Assembly: GCA_025603075.1 (NCBI GenBank)
Contig: MU626259.1
Span: 1-64,000, forward strand
DNA length: 64,000 bases
Source: Neoconidiobolus thromboides FSU 785
Taxonomy: Eukaryota > Fungi > Entomophthoromycota
Direction: 5' to 3'
The notes under the pieces were generated by a model. That model saw only the letters and a list, made by a program, of their open reading frames with translations. It had not been told where the DNA came from and ran no database searches. Numbering within the stretch: the stretch's first letter is position 1; every line of letters starts with the position of its first letter. This document shows, one piece after another, positions 25,501 through 38,741 of the stretch. The translations under genes were made by a program, and so were the position numbers.

Positions 25501-26483
25501 TATATAATAAGTGGTCTTTTTACGTATAATAAAAGTACAATTGACATACGATAGATCGAGGATCTTTGTACGGGTTAGTACTTGAATTTGAAAGCAGAAA
25601 CAATAAAGAACTAAAATAAAACGTGACTCTCTTCTTGCACAATAGATGATGTACCTTGTAGTAATTGGAAGCTTTAAAATGTATTAACATTATACAAATA
25701 AATAATGGTAGTCATTATGCTACAACTTGTAGTATATTAGTAACGTTGCTATTTTTAGAATTATTCATAATAGTAGAATTCATCGAATTAATAAATTATG
25801 AAGAATAATATTAATTTATTATTCAAGTCACTTTAAGAATAGAATAAACAGTTACCCTTATATATTTTTAGCCATGTTGTTTAGGTTTATATATATTAAA
25901 TATAATATTTTTTCAAGACTGTTGTATTGAATTAAAGTGTAGTGGAACTTTTTAATTGTTTAAATAGTTTAACTACTTTAATTTCATATCATGAGTTTTT
26001 AAATTTAAATAGTAATTAAACCAGCCTTTATGACATCGATTTTTCATAAAGTTTAATATTAGCATAAATGTAATTTTAAGTTTAACTCTTTTAATGAAAT
26101 CTATCTAAATTAATATTACTATCTACTATTATACTTTTATTGGTAATCAAACTTTATAATATTATAGTACAAAGTAAAAGGTTTTTATATTTACTAATCA
26201 TATTAAAAGTGGATGTTAAATACTAAACACAAACATTAAAGATAATAAAAATAAATTATTTAAAAAAAACTTGATTGTAAAATTTAAATAAATAATATTT
26301 TATAGCTACTTCATAAAAAAACACATTAATAATATCGAGTTAATTAATATAATAGAATAAATATTATCATACAAATGGTGAGATTATATAGATACTTAAA
26401 ATAACAGTTAACAATTGACAATCGAAATAATAAATTTTTATTTTTAAAAACTATAAAAATACTACTATGATTTTTCAACTATC

Positions 26484-26585
26484 AAATGGGGATATTTTTT
26501 GATTTCATTACCTTTTCCATCTTCAAGCGCTATTTGGATGGAAAAATTGCTAGTAAAATTGTTAAATATAAATACATCTCCAAAT
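26484..26585 (-). mobile_element. MITE family 1, copy 9 (orientation B), AAAT direct-repeat flanks
   Basis: AAAT-GGGGATAT...ACATCTCC-AAAT. Confidence 0.85.
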
Positions 26586-26894
26586 ATAAAATATAACATT
26601 TTTCATTTACAATTTGTATAAAACTACCAACAAATTTTTGATTGTGTAAAAATTCGTTATTGATTTTGGGCAAATCTTCCCACTCAAGTTCCTTCCATTA
26701 ATTCTATTTAAAATAAATTTGATGTTTACTCAAAACAAATCTGACTTGACTTGAACTATCAGATTGAAAGTAAGCACTAATCAAGTTTATTTTGAACAAG
26801 TATCAAATTTATTTCAAATGAAGTTATGACGTTTGAGATAATTTTACATCTGATGTCTAAATTTCGTCAAGGTTTTAACTAATGAAATCAATGA

Positions 26895-26904
26895 GTGACG
26901 TAAG
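26895..26904 (+). promoter_or_regulatory. CRE/ATF-like motif GTGACGTAAG upstream of C2 gene A
   Basis: Identical 10-mer at a similar distance upstream of paralog B (38732-38741, minus strand). Confidence 0.5.
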
Positions 26905-27017
26905 TTTAAACTTTGAAATTATTTAAAAATAAGGGATATAAAGGATAGGAGAAGTAAAAAAAGAAATTTAATTATTGAAAATATTATTTGTATATTAAAA
27001 TTAATATTATAATAAAA

Positions 27018-27937
27018 ATGCAAGGAACTTTGGAAGTTAGTGTTAGTAAGTGTTTATTGCTCGTATATATTAATATATTAATATATTAATATTAATTATG
27101 TTAATTAGTTGCTGCTCGTGAATTAAAAAATGAAGATGGAATGTTTGGTAAGTTGGAGATATTTTAATAATAAAGAATGTTTATTAATTATATTGATTAG
27201 GATCTAACGACCCATATGTCCTTATCAAATGTGGTAATAATAAATTTATGACTGAAATTAAAAAGAAAGCTGGTAAAGAATGTCAATGGAACCAAACTTT
27301 TAGACTGTAAATAATAATACAATAATAATAATTATTACCAATGCATATTAATACTCTTGATTTACTATAGCGGTTTAACTGATTCCTTTAAAGAACTTAT
27401 ATTAGAAGTTTATGATCAAGATAACGTTAAAGATGATTTAATTGGTAAAACTACTATTCCATTACAAGGTATATTACAAAGTGGTTCTGCTGATGCTTGG
27501 TATACCATTGGTAAAGGTTCTAAATCTCATGGTGAAGTTCATTTGTTTATAAAATTCATTCAAGTAAAAAATAATTTTTATTTTATATCTTATACTAATA
27601 TTTTATTAACTAGGGTAACTTCCCAGATGGTTATGATCCAAATGCAAGAACTATGGAAGATAATATGAAAGTAAGATTTATGTTAAATTACAACACATTT
27701 AGTTTACTTAACTCTTTAACCTAGGTTGCTGGTGGTGTAGCTGGTGGTGTACTTGCTACTGGTGCTCTCGCTGCTGGTGCTAAAATGGCTTATGATCATT
27801 ATAATAAGAAAGAAGGTGGTGAAAATCAACAATTAAATCAAAATCAAGGTCAACAACAACATTATGGTGGTGGTAATCAACCAGGCTATGCTAATCAAGG
27901 CCAAGGTGGGTATAATAATAACCAAGGACAGTATTAA
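27018..27937 (+). CDS. C2-domain protein with Gly-zipper segment and Q/G/N/Y-rich tail, paralog A (multi-exon)
   Basis: GTLEVSVIAARELK, NDPYV, WNQTF, LEVYDQD..DDLIGKTTIPL; tail VAGGVAGGVLATGALAAGA followed by NQQLNQNQGQQQHYGGGNQPGY. Confidence 0.88.
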
Positions 27938-28246
27938 TTTATAAATTGAAATAAAAGTCATCTTTATTTTTTATTATTTTAGTATATGTTATATTTGTAG
28001 TATAGGATTATTTTAAATATTAATAAAAATCAAGGTTCTTAATTTCTCATTTACCTAAAACAAATAATATTTATTTAAATCATGGACTATATTAGGATAA
28101 GATAATGTTACAAAGTGAAATTAAAAGAGAGGAAAAAAGCGCAAAGTAAAGGAGTAATAAAGTGGTTCAAGGAACTCAAATTTAAAGGTAAGAAGATAGA
28201 GTAGTAATTTACTAGTAATACTTTGACTTGCTTATATGTTATAGTT

Positions 28247-28353
28247 ATATGGGAATGTATTTTTGTATTTAAGAATTTTACTAATAATCTTTCCACTCAA
28301 ATAGCGCTTAAAAAATGGAAAAAATAATGAAGTCAAAAAAAACACTCCCACAT
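28247..28353 (+). mobile_element. MITE family 1, copy 10 (orientation A)
   Basis: ATAT-GGGAATGT...ACACTCCC-ACAT. Confidence 0.85.
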
Positions 28354-28523
28354 CTTCATATTGATCTTATATTTTGTGATAGAGAAATAAAAATAAAAAA
28401 CATTTTATGATAGGTGAATATTACATCCATGCTCATTTATAGTATATAGACTTTATTAAAAATATATTGTATAATAACTAAATATAATCATACTACAAAT
28501 AAGCTCCATTTTTTAATAGTACA

Positions 28524-28628
28524 ATATGGGGATGTTCTTTTCACTTCATTACTTTTTCCATTTTTTAAGCGCTATTTGAGTGGAAAGATTGTTAGTGAAT
28601 TCTTAAACAAAAAAATATATCCCCTTAT
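28524..28628 (-). mobile_element. MITE family 1, copy 11 (orientation B)
   Basis: ATAT-GGGGATGT...ATATCCCC-TTAT. Confidence 0.85.
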
Positions 28629-29044
28629 GTCAATAGTACTTAGGAATATTTTTTACCAATTCTCCTTTTTTACTATTTTTTTAAAATTATAAATTAATTA
28701 ACTAATGGAACTATTCAAGTTCCAATATGTGTTGACAAATAATGAGTTTTATTAATTATTTGTTGCATTATGTTGATTTGAAGCTTGCTAATCTAATTTT
28801 CATTTTAAGATGAACAGTTAACTAGTACATATCCAAGTTTCGACAGCTGTATTGGTCAATTACTTTATAATTTTAGAAAAATAGCAAAAAAGGATAATTA
28901 ATAAAAAATATCTTCATTTTACAAATGTATAAATTCTACATTTAAACTATTTATAGAGCTTTATATTACAATCATTTTCTTACAGTTTAAATTTAATTTA
29001 TTACAACTCTAATTCATTTTTTTCAATAATAAACTCTCATAAAC

Positions 29045-30424
29045 TTATTTTATCAACAAATTAATATTCTCTAAAGCCTCAACCGGAGAATCCTTAAATC
29101 TCACAAAGTGACCTTGTAAAGCTGCTGCTGAAAGTCTAACTTCCTCATCTATATCCTTTTCCTTATAAGTAAACAGTTTTTCCTTAAATTTCAAAGCTAA
29201 TTCTTTTTCATTAGGGTAAAATCTTAAAAACAAGTTAATCAATTGAGCTTCATTAACATGTCCAAAATATTCTTTTAAGTCTACTCTACCCGGTCTTATT
29301 AACGCAGTATCTAATTTTTCAATATGATTAGTTGTCATAAATATTATCCTTTCTTCAGCTGCGCCTACTCCGTCTAAAGCATTTAATAAGCCTGAGAAAG
29401 TGACCATGGATTGATAACTAACAGATATTATTATTCTACTCTATTATTAACCTATTATAAGATAAATTACCCTTGTTTTGTAGTTTGTTCTCTTTGATTA
29501 AAAGCAGCATCAATATCTTCTAATAATAATATACTTCTTTCTGGTACAACTGTCATCAAATGGTTTAATCGATCATCCGTCAATCCTCTTTCACTTAAAT
29601 TTAATAAACATATATTATAATCCAATTCTCCCGCTAAACCTTGAATAAAACTGGATTTTCCTGTACCGGGTGGACCATATAATAAATAGCCTCTTCTATA
29701 AGGGATACCTTTACATAGTTATTAGTATATTGTTTATACATTATTTATACAATTATATTATTAAGTTACCTCTATCATTATACCATTTTTCATTTAATAA
29801 AAATTCTTTAACATCTTTTACAATTCTATCACTTTGATTATCTTTTAAAATTACTGAGTTAATCGGTTTCTTTTTTCTAGGTTGACCAAAAGGTCTCCAT
29901 TCTGGTCCATAACTTGAATAAATAACAGTTTTGCCCATTTGTTTTGATAGAGCCAATTCTCTTGCTTTATCCAATAATTCAAAAACAAACTTTTTATCTC
30001 TCGTTAATGTAGTAATTGTAATAGTTTCCCATGGAGCGCCTGAGGTTAAATCAACTAGTTTATTTTCCCTTTGTCTTTTAACTTGAAACCAGGCACCTTT
30101 ATAATTAAAAAAATGTTGGCCTGGACCAGGTACGAAGTTAAATTTCGTCATTACTGAACCATTGTTATGTTGCTTAAAACTAGTTTCAATAGATAGTTGA
30201 TGAATATGTTGTTCTTTTTGTAAACTCAACCAATTTAACAACCAAGGATATGACTTATCTTTACTTGTAATTTCTAGTTGTATAAGCATGCGTCGTTTTA
30301 GATACATATAACCTAATTGAGAGCCTTGCTTAGCTACAGTTAAACCAAAACCTACACCTACTAAACCAAAGCCTGCAGAAAAGTAGGGGTTGTTGCTCAA
30401 ACTATCGATTAAATTGTCGAACAT
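29045..30424 (-). CDS. BCS1: Mitochondrial AAA chaperone BCS1 (multi-exon)
   Basis: [58 protein letters not shown]. Confidence 0.96.
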
Positions 30425-30932
30425 CTTCTATTGTTGTTGTTCTATAGGCTTATCGATATATTTCTTACAGTTAAAAGATGATTTTTTATCTGATCGGGTT
30501 ATAATTTGAATTTCGAAAAATTGATTTTGACCAATTAAATTAATTTTTATTTTATCAGTAAATTATACACAAAGTGTATATTGTAAAAAAACCCAAAAGA
30601 CATTGATGAATTCTATAAAAAATTCGGTTAATAGTTCTTATATCATTAAAGATTTTGGCTTTGTTAAAATTTTTATTCGAAAATAGTAGTTATATTGGTA
30701 ATAAATAATAAAAATAATATACTTCAATATAACAATTTGAATTAATAATTGACCAAAAAAAATAAAAACGAATTACAATAACGATTGGATGAGATAATCA
30801 AAAGATGACATCAGCTTACTAAAAAACTATTGAGAAATAATTAAATAATGAACATAAAAAAGTATATAAACAACTTAAAATAAATACTTTTCGTTATAAA
30901 TTTCAATTATCAACAAATAAATAAAACAAAAG

Positions 30933-31881
30933 ATGGGTTTAACAAATTACAAACAATTAGTTACTAAGGTAAAATTACCAAGTTATTCAAGTCTCACTTC
31001 CACCCGTACTAAACACACGTTACCTGACTTACCATATGATTATAACGTAAGCTAATATTGTTAACTAAATATACTATAAAACGATAACACAGCTTATCTT
31101 TAGGCCTTAGAACCTGTAATTTCAGCCGAAATTATGCAGCTTCATCACTCAAAACATCATAACACTTATGTTACTAACTTAAACGTAGCTGAAGAAAAAT
31201 ACCAAGAAGCTCTTCATCAAAATGATATCAAATCACAAATTGCTTTACAATCTGCCCTTAAATTTAATGGTGGCGGTCATATCAATCATTCTATCTTTTG
31301 GCAAAATTTAACACCAATTAAGAATGGTGGTGGTCAACTTAATGATGGTAATAATTTTTTATTTTTTACTTTATTTTAAAGGTTTATTTTATACAATTAT
31401 TTATTAGGTGCTTTAAAACAAGCTATTGAAAAAGAATTTGGTTCTTTGGATAAGTTTATTACAAAATTTAACACTCAAACTGCCGCCGTTCAAGGCTCTG
31501 GTTGGGGTTGGTTGGTGAGTTCAATAGGATTTAATATGATTATAGAATATTTATGTTTTTTAGGGTTACAACAAAGAAAACAAGAAATTAGAAATCATTG
31601 CTTTACCAAATCAAGATCCATTAACTTGTAAGTTTTTTAATTTTTGTTAGTATTAGCTGTTTATTTATAATTTTATTAGCATATATCCCTCTCCTTGGTG
31701 TTGATGTTTGGGAACATGTAAGTTCTAGTATTAAACTATTTAATGTTAATATTTATTCAATTTCTAATAGGCTTATTATCTTCAATATAAAAATGTAAGA
31801 CCAGACTACTTAAAAGCTATCTGGCAAATTGTTAACTGGAAAGATGTGGAGCAAAGATTCAATGAAGCTCATAAGGCTTAG
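30933..31881 (+). CDS. SOD2: Mitochondrial Mn superoxide dismutase (multi-exon)
   Basis: [50 protein letters not shown]. Confidence 0.96.
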
Positions 31882-32653
31882 AGTTTTTAATCAATAAATG
31901 CTATCGATTGTATTTAAATCTATTTTTAGTATTGTTTTATACGTGAGATATGATAGGCTAATCTTTTTATAGTAAAAATTATTTGTTATAAAAGGTAGTA
32001 TTAATTGTAATAATAACAATTAAGTAGGTTATAACTTTTGTATCTAAAATAAATTCAAGTATCCTTTTTAATACTTTGTTGAAAATATATTTGATACTAT
32101 TACTGTCCATTAAAGTTTAATTAAGTCAACTATTGCTAGCTTCTGAAAAATAAACCTTATAGCCTTTAAAATACTACGTGATTATTACTAATTGATTTCC
32201 TTATTACATATCCATTGATACTATATAATATAGTGATAAACATATAACTACTGGATATTAAGTGTTCTAAGAAGTATAAATACGGTTGAAAATGATTAAA
32301 TAAATATTTTATTATTATTAGATTTTGTAATCTTAACTTTCATATATGATCATATTTGATGCTGTTTTAAAATGAAGTATTTTATTAAAAAATAGCTAGA
32401 AGATTATGAAGAGTAATATTAAAATTAAACAATTCAGTCAATAATTTTCCAGTAATCCAACACAATGTAGGGAATGCAAAATTTCTATGTTTGGAATTCC
32501 TTTTTTGCAATTTAAAAAAATCCCTTCAGCCCAGATTCAATCTTAGAAATTCCCATAATTTTGTCCAAGACTGATAGAATAATCCTTGTAATAATCAAAT
32601 AAAACTAACAAACTTAAAGCTTGAGATTTTATTCACTTAATAAACAAGTCAAA

Positions 32654-33266
32654 ATGGGTAAAGTTAAGAAAGAACATAAAGAAAAGAAAGAAAAGAAAGA
32701 AAAAGTCGTTTTAGATTTACCAACTACTGAAGCTACTACTGAAAATGAAGCTGGTGATTTAGAATGGGATAAAAATTTATTTATTTCTAAAATTGCTCAA
32801 CCTTTAGCTACTCCTAAATTATCTAAAAAATTATTAAAGTTAGCTAATAAAGGTAATAAAAATAATCAAGTCAATAAGGTTTAAGTTATTAATATTTTTA
32901 GTTCATAAACATAAGAGAGTTGCTCGTGGTGTTAAAGAAGTAGTTAAAGCCATTCGTAAAGGAAAGACTGGGTAAGTTATAAGAAAAGTAATATTTATAA
33001 TAATATATAATAATTTAATTATTAGTGTATGTTTAATTGCCGGTAATATCTCACCAGATGATGTAATCAGTCATTTACCAATCTTATGTGAAGATAATAA
33101 TATTGCTTATTGTTTTGTACCATCCAGAGAATCTTTAGGTGCAGCTGTTGATACTAAAAGATCTACTTCGGTTATCTTAGTTCAAAAGGGCGAAAATGGA
33201 GCTGAAGAAAATGATAAGATTGAAGAAGGTGCTAAAAATATTAATGAACTTGTTAAGAGTATTTAA
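32654..33266 (+). CDS. NHP2: H/ACA snoRNP subunit NHP2 (L7Ae family), 3 exons
   Basis: IAQPLATPKLSKKLLK, RGVKEVVKAIRKG, IAGNISPDDVISHLPILCED. Confidence 0.9.
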
Positions 33267-33527
33267 TAAGAAAAAAAGATAGATTTTTGGGAAATTTAAG
33301 TGAAAGATAGTATTGTATTAAATTAAAATTATTTGTAGCTTCTCCCTTATTTATGTTTTTTGATATTGAAAAAAATGAATGGAATAATTTGAAATAAATT
33401 ATTTTTTTATAGAAGTTACTATTGGTTTTAAACCATTTATTATTATTTGTTGATTTTAATATAAAAATTTTGAACTTTTTTTGAACTTTTCTTTTGTTTA
33501 ATTTTATAAAAGAATTGACGATAAATT

Positions 33528-34453
33528 ATGACCAACCCAGTTGTATTTTTTGATATAAGTATCGGAGGTACTTCAGCAGGCCGTATTAAAATGGAATTAT
33601 TTAAAGATGTTGTACCTAAAACAGCAGAAAACTTTCGGTAATTTTTAAATTTGAATTAATTACTTTTTAAATAATGAGTTTAACCTTTTAACTATTTTAA
33701 ATAAAAAATAGACAATTATGTACTGGAGAGCATAGGTAATAAAATTAAGCATTGATAAAGAGAGATGCGTTAATGAAATACTTTAGAATTGATAATCAAC
33801 CTATGGGGTTTAAAAATGCCATATTTCATAGGTAAGATTTTAGATTAAAAACAAAGCGTATATAGAAATTCAATTAAACCCTATCAATTTTATAGAGTAA
33901 TTAAAGATTTTATGGTCCAAGGTGGGGATTTTTTAAAAGTAAGATTAACAAAATTCAATAATTAACTATTAAAATGAAACAAGATGGAATAAAACAAGCT
34001 ATAATAAGAGAATTCATAATATTCTTATTAATATTAATTTTAGGGTGATGGTACTGGCTCATTTTCGATTTATGGGGATAAATTTGAAGATGAAAATTTT
34101 CAATTAAAACACGATGGACCAGGTTTATTATCTATGGTAAGCTGATTTGTTATAAATAAATTAATGGATTTAATTTTTAATATTATCCTTTTTTATAGGC
34201 TAATAGTGGACCAAATACTAACGGGTGTCAAGTAAGTTTTTAATATTCCTTTGTTTCTCTGTACACCATTTACCAACATTCTAAATAGTTCTTTATCACT
34301 TGTACAAAATGTGAATTTTTAGATGGGAAACATGTAGTCTTTGGTAAAATAATTGATGGTTTATTGACTTTAAGAAAAATTGAAAATATATCTACTGGAG
34401 CTAATAATAAACCTACACTTCCAGTAATTATTAGTGAATGTGGGGAAATGTAA
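33528..34453 (+). CDS. PPIH: Cyclophilin H (U4/U6 snRNP-associated PPIase), multi-exon
   Basis: [59 protein letters not shown]-terminal ISECGEM typical of CypH. Confidence 0.88.
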
Positions 34454-35222
34454 TAAAATAAAATAAAGTTAAAAGTAAGTTTTAATATTGTTGTTGTTTT
34501 GATTTTTTATGAGAATGGTTATGTAAATGTTTTATTGGGATGGGACTTATTACGTAGATGTTTGTAATATGGATTGTTTTAAGTTATTATATAATGTATA
34601 TGGTTTTAAAGGTATTTCTGTACGTATTTTATTTATATATTTATATATTGCTTATATATTGTTGTGACATTTATCGTAATAAAATGTACCAAATATATAC
34701 AAAACGTAAAGAAAAATATAACATCAATTAATTCAAATAGTCTATTTATTAGTAAAAAATAAATCAATTTTAGTTTTACTTTATAAAGAGTAATTATAAA
34801 GTAAGTTTAATTATTATTTATAATAAAAGTAATAGTTTCAACTAAAATTTAACTCAGTTAACAACCTAAGTTGTCTAAATCAAAAATTTTCATAACTTAA
34901 AAATAAATTTGGAATTTTTAAAAGCTTAATTAAAGTGATAGGCTAATAAAAAAAGACTCATATAAAGATAACGGACGATAAAAAAATTGGCATAATAATA
35001 GTATATTGTAAAAACATATCTAATATTCATGATCTCTTAAAAGATAAGGACATTTAAAATTAATATTTTTATTGAAATTTTTGGATGGAAATAAAATTTC
35101 AAAACCTGAATAAACCTTATAGCCTAATTTTTAAGTGGCTTAAATAAAAATGAGAGTTGTACAGGTAAAACTTTAAAAATTGTTCATTTTTATTATTCTA
35201 ATTTAATTTAATAAAAAAATAA

Positions 35223-36709
35223 ATGAGTTCCAAAATGGCTTCCAATAAATTAAATGAAGCTAAAGCAGCTATTGTAAGTTACAAGTCACTTCTATTATAT
35301 ACAGGAACTTTATTAAAAAATAATTCATTAATATCTACTAGTATACTCCAATGTCTGCCCCAGTAGGCTTTGCTTCGATAACAAATCAAATCCAAAAAAA
35401 GTTTTTAAAACGTGGATTTCAATTTAACATTATGTTAGTTGGTAAGTTAAAAGTAATAAAAATAAGAATGAGAATAATAAGATACATTTTGATAAATATA
35501 TTAATAAACTTTTTAGGTGAATCCGGTTTAGGAAAGTCCACTTTTGTTAATACTTTATTTGCTTCGCACCTATTGGACTCTAAGGGTCGTACAACAGCTG
35601 CTCAACCTAATCGTAAAACAGTAAATATTGAACCAATTCAACATGGTAAGAAAAAATAGTTATTTTTATTATTGTTTTGATAATTTATTTTTTAGTATTG
35701 AATGAAAATGGAGTTAAATTAAAACTTACTGTAGTTGATACTCCAGGTTATGGAGATCAGGTTAATAATGAACGTTGGTAAGTGAATTGATTTTGTATTA
35801 AATGACAGAGTATGAGGATATTGATATTTATTAATTAGTTGGGAACCAATAGTTACTTATATAAAAGATCAACATGGTACTTATCTTAAAAAAGAATTAA
35901 CAGCTACAAGAGAAAGATTTATTGAAGATTCTCGTATTCATTTATGTTTGTTTTTTATTTCTCCAACTGGTCATGCGTAAGTTATAGTTTATCTCTTTAA
36001 TTTATCTATAAATTAAACATAGCTAAATCATTGTTTCAGTTTAAAACCCATCGACATAATAGTACTTCAAAAACTTATTGAAGTAGTGAATGTAGTTCCA
36101 GTAATAGCAAAGAGTGATTCATTAACAATTGAAGAACGTACGAGTTTTAAAAAAAGAATTAAAAAAGAATTAGAGTTTCATGGAATTAATTTATATCCTT
36201 ATGCTTCTATTGAAGATGATGAATTTGATAGAGAATTAAATCGTAATATTACAGATCGTATACCATTTTCTATTATTGGTTCTGAAGTACTTGTACAAGA
36301 TGAAAATGGTAATAATGTAAGGGGCAGAAAAACTAGATGGGGTACTATTAATAGTAAGTTATTATTAGTGTTTATATAAAATTAATGTTTATTAATTTTT
36401 TATTAGTTGAGGATCCTAATCATTCTGAATTTATTCATTTACGTGATTTTATAACTAGGTAAATTTAATAGAGCAACAATAGATCATTATAACAATATAT
36501 TAACATTTATTAATCTCTATTATTATAGTACTCATTTACAAGATTTAATTGAAACTACCCAATATCGTCACTATGAAACTTTTCGTTCTCAACAAATCAT
36601 GGCTTTTACTTCTGCTTCTCAACAACAACAATATACTCGTAGTAACAACCGACCAATGTCACCAGCTACCTCACCTAAACAATCTTCTTTAGCTTCCTCT
36701 TCAAATTAA
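35223..36709 (+). CDS. CDC10: Septin, CDC10-like (no C-terminal coiled coil), multi-exon
   Basis: [41 protein letters not shown]. Confidence 0.9.
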
Positions 36710-37665
36710 AATTGGAGGGAAGAGGGCAGGAGAAGTTGAAGAATAATAAAAGGTTATTATTGGTATTTTATTTATATTAAAAATTTAGGATTTTTATTTT
36801 TAATTAAATAAATTGTGATAGTTAAAGTCATAGTTAAAATTTTTTACTAAGTTTTATAAAATCTAATATCGTTTTTTATTATGTTTTAGACAAAGATTGA
36901 TTTGTGACATTTTTTTGTAATTTCAAGAAATTTTATTTTTCTTTAGTTAAAGTAATTTGATTGATTCTAAAATAAAATGTTTTTAATTTTTTTGAAGGGA
37001 GATATAAAATGGCTAAATTATTGAATTATTAATAAATTTATTCCTAAAGAATAAAATAATTCAATTTATATAATGAAAATAATACTAAGATACAGTCGAT
37101 GCTATATTGAATATAATTTTTATTTTATTAATCATAATACTTCTATAATTAATACTGGTAAAGTATTTTAGGAATCAAACACGCTATTATTACTTATTTT
37201 TTCATTCTTTTACTTTTCATTCAACTCAAAATCTGTTTAGTTAATTAATTGACCCCTTAAATAAAAAGAAATATCCTAATATAAATAGATTGATTATTCT
37301 TATAAAATACCAATACCAGAGAACATATTTAAAAAATTAATGAATATTTCTATACGAATTCATATAGAAAGTGATAATGAATTTGTATCCTCAATATTTC
37401 ATACCCTAAACAAAGTTACTTAAGTCTCGAATGCTTATCTTTAGTTTAACTTTATTTTATCTCCTTCCACTATTTCGTATTACTAGTTCCATTTCACTAC
37501 TTTTCGAACTATCTGCATTTTTTATCCCTATTCCATAATAAAATATTAAGGAGTTTACATTCTTTCATTACTTTATACAAAGTGTATCTTATATATAATA
37601 TAAACTATATTAAAAATAAACTAAGATAATACAAAATAAAGATGACTTTTATTTTAATTTATAAA

Positions 37666-38638
37666 TTAATGGTGTCCTTGGTTACCACCATAGCCACCTT
37701 GTTGACCACCATAACCACCTTGTTGACCACCATAACCACCTTGACCTTGACCTTGGTTAGCATAACCTGGTTGATTACCACCACCATAATGTTGTTGTTG
37801 CTGTTGACCACCATAATTTTGTTGACCTTGATTTTGATTTAATTGTTGATTTTCACCACCTTCTTTCTTATTATAATGATCATAAGCCATTTTAGCACCA
37901 AAAGCGAGAGCACCAGCAGCAAGTACACCACCAGCTACACCACCAGCAACCTAGGTTAAAGAGTTAAATAAACTAAATGTATTATGATTCAATAAATCTT
38001 ACTTTCATATTATCTTCCATAGTTCTTGCATTTGGATCATAACCTTGTGGGAAGTTGCCCTAATAAAATATGAATATTCTATTCATTTATTAATTTATAA
38101 TATTATTTCTTACTTGAATGAATTTCATAAACAAATGAATTTCACCATGAGATTTAGAACCTTTACCAATGGTATACCAAGCATCAGCAGAACCACTTTG
38201 TAATATACCTTGTAATGGAATAGTAGTTTTACCAATTAAATCATCAGCCATAGCATCTTGATCATAAACTTCCAAAGTAAGTTCTTTAAAGAAATCGGTT
38301 ACACCACTAAATAAAATAATCAATACATATTATCATTAAATATTTATATATTATTATTACAGTCTGAAAGTTTGATTCCATTGGCATTCTTTACCGGCCT
38401 TCTTTTTAACTTCAGTCTTAAATTTATTATTACCACATTTGATAATAGCATATGGGTCGTTGGATCCTAAAATATAAAACTAAATACTCCTTCTGTTATT
38501 TCTATTTTAAACTTACCAAATAATCCATCTTTATTTTTTAATTCACGAGCAGCAACTAATTAACATAATTAACATTAATACATTAATATATACAAGCAAT
38601 AAACACTTACTAACACTAACTTCCAAAGTTCCTTGCAT
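37666..38638 (-). CDS. C2-domain protein with expanded GGYGGQQ tail, paralog B (inverted relative to A)
   Basis: Same exon structure as 27018-27937 with high identity in exons, introns and 3' UTR; longer tail with GGYGGQQ repeats. Confidence 0.88.
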
Positions 38639-38731
38639 TTTTTAAGTTCAATTTACAATATTTGAATAATTAACTTTTTTTAGCTATATCTCCTCTCTTT
38701 ATATACCCGTCAATGATAAATCTATTTTTAG

Positions 38732-38741
38732 CTTACGTCAC
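38732..38741 (-). promoter_or_regulatory. CRE/ATF-like motif GTGACGTAAG upstream of C2 gene B
   Basis: Identical to the motif upstream of paralog A. Confidence 0.5.
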
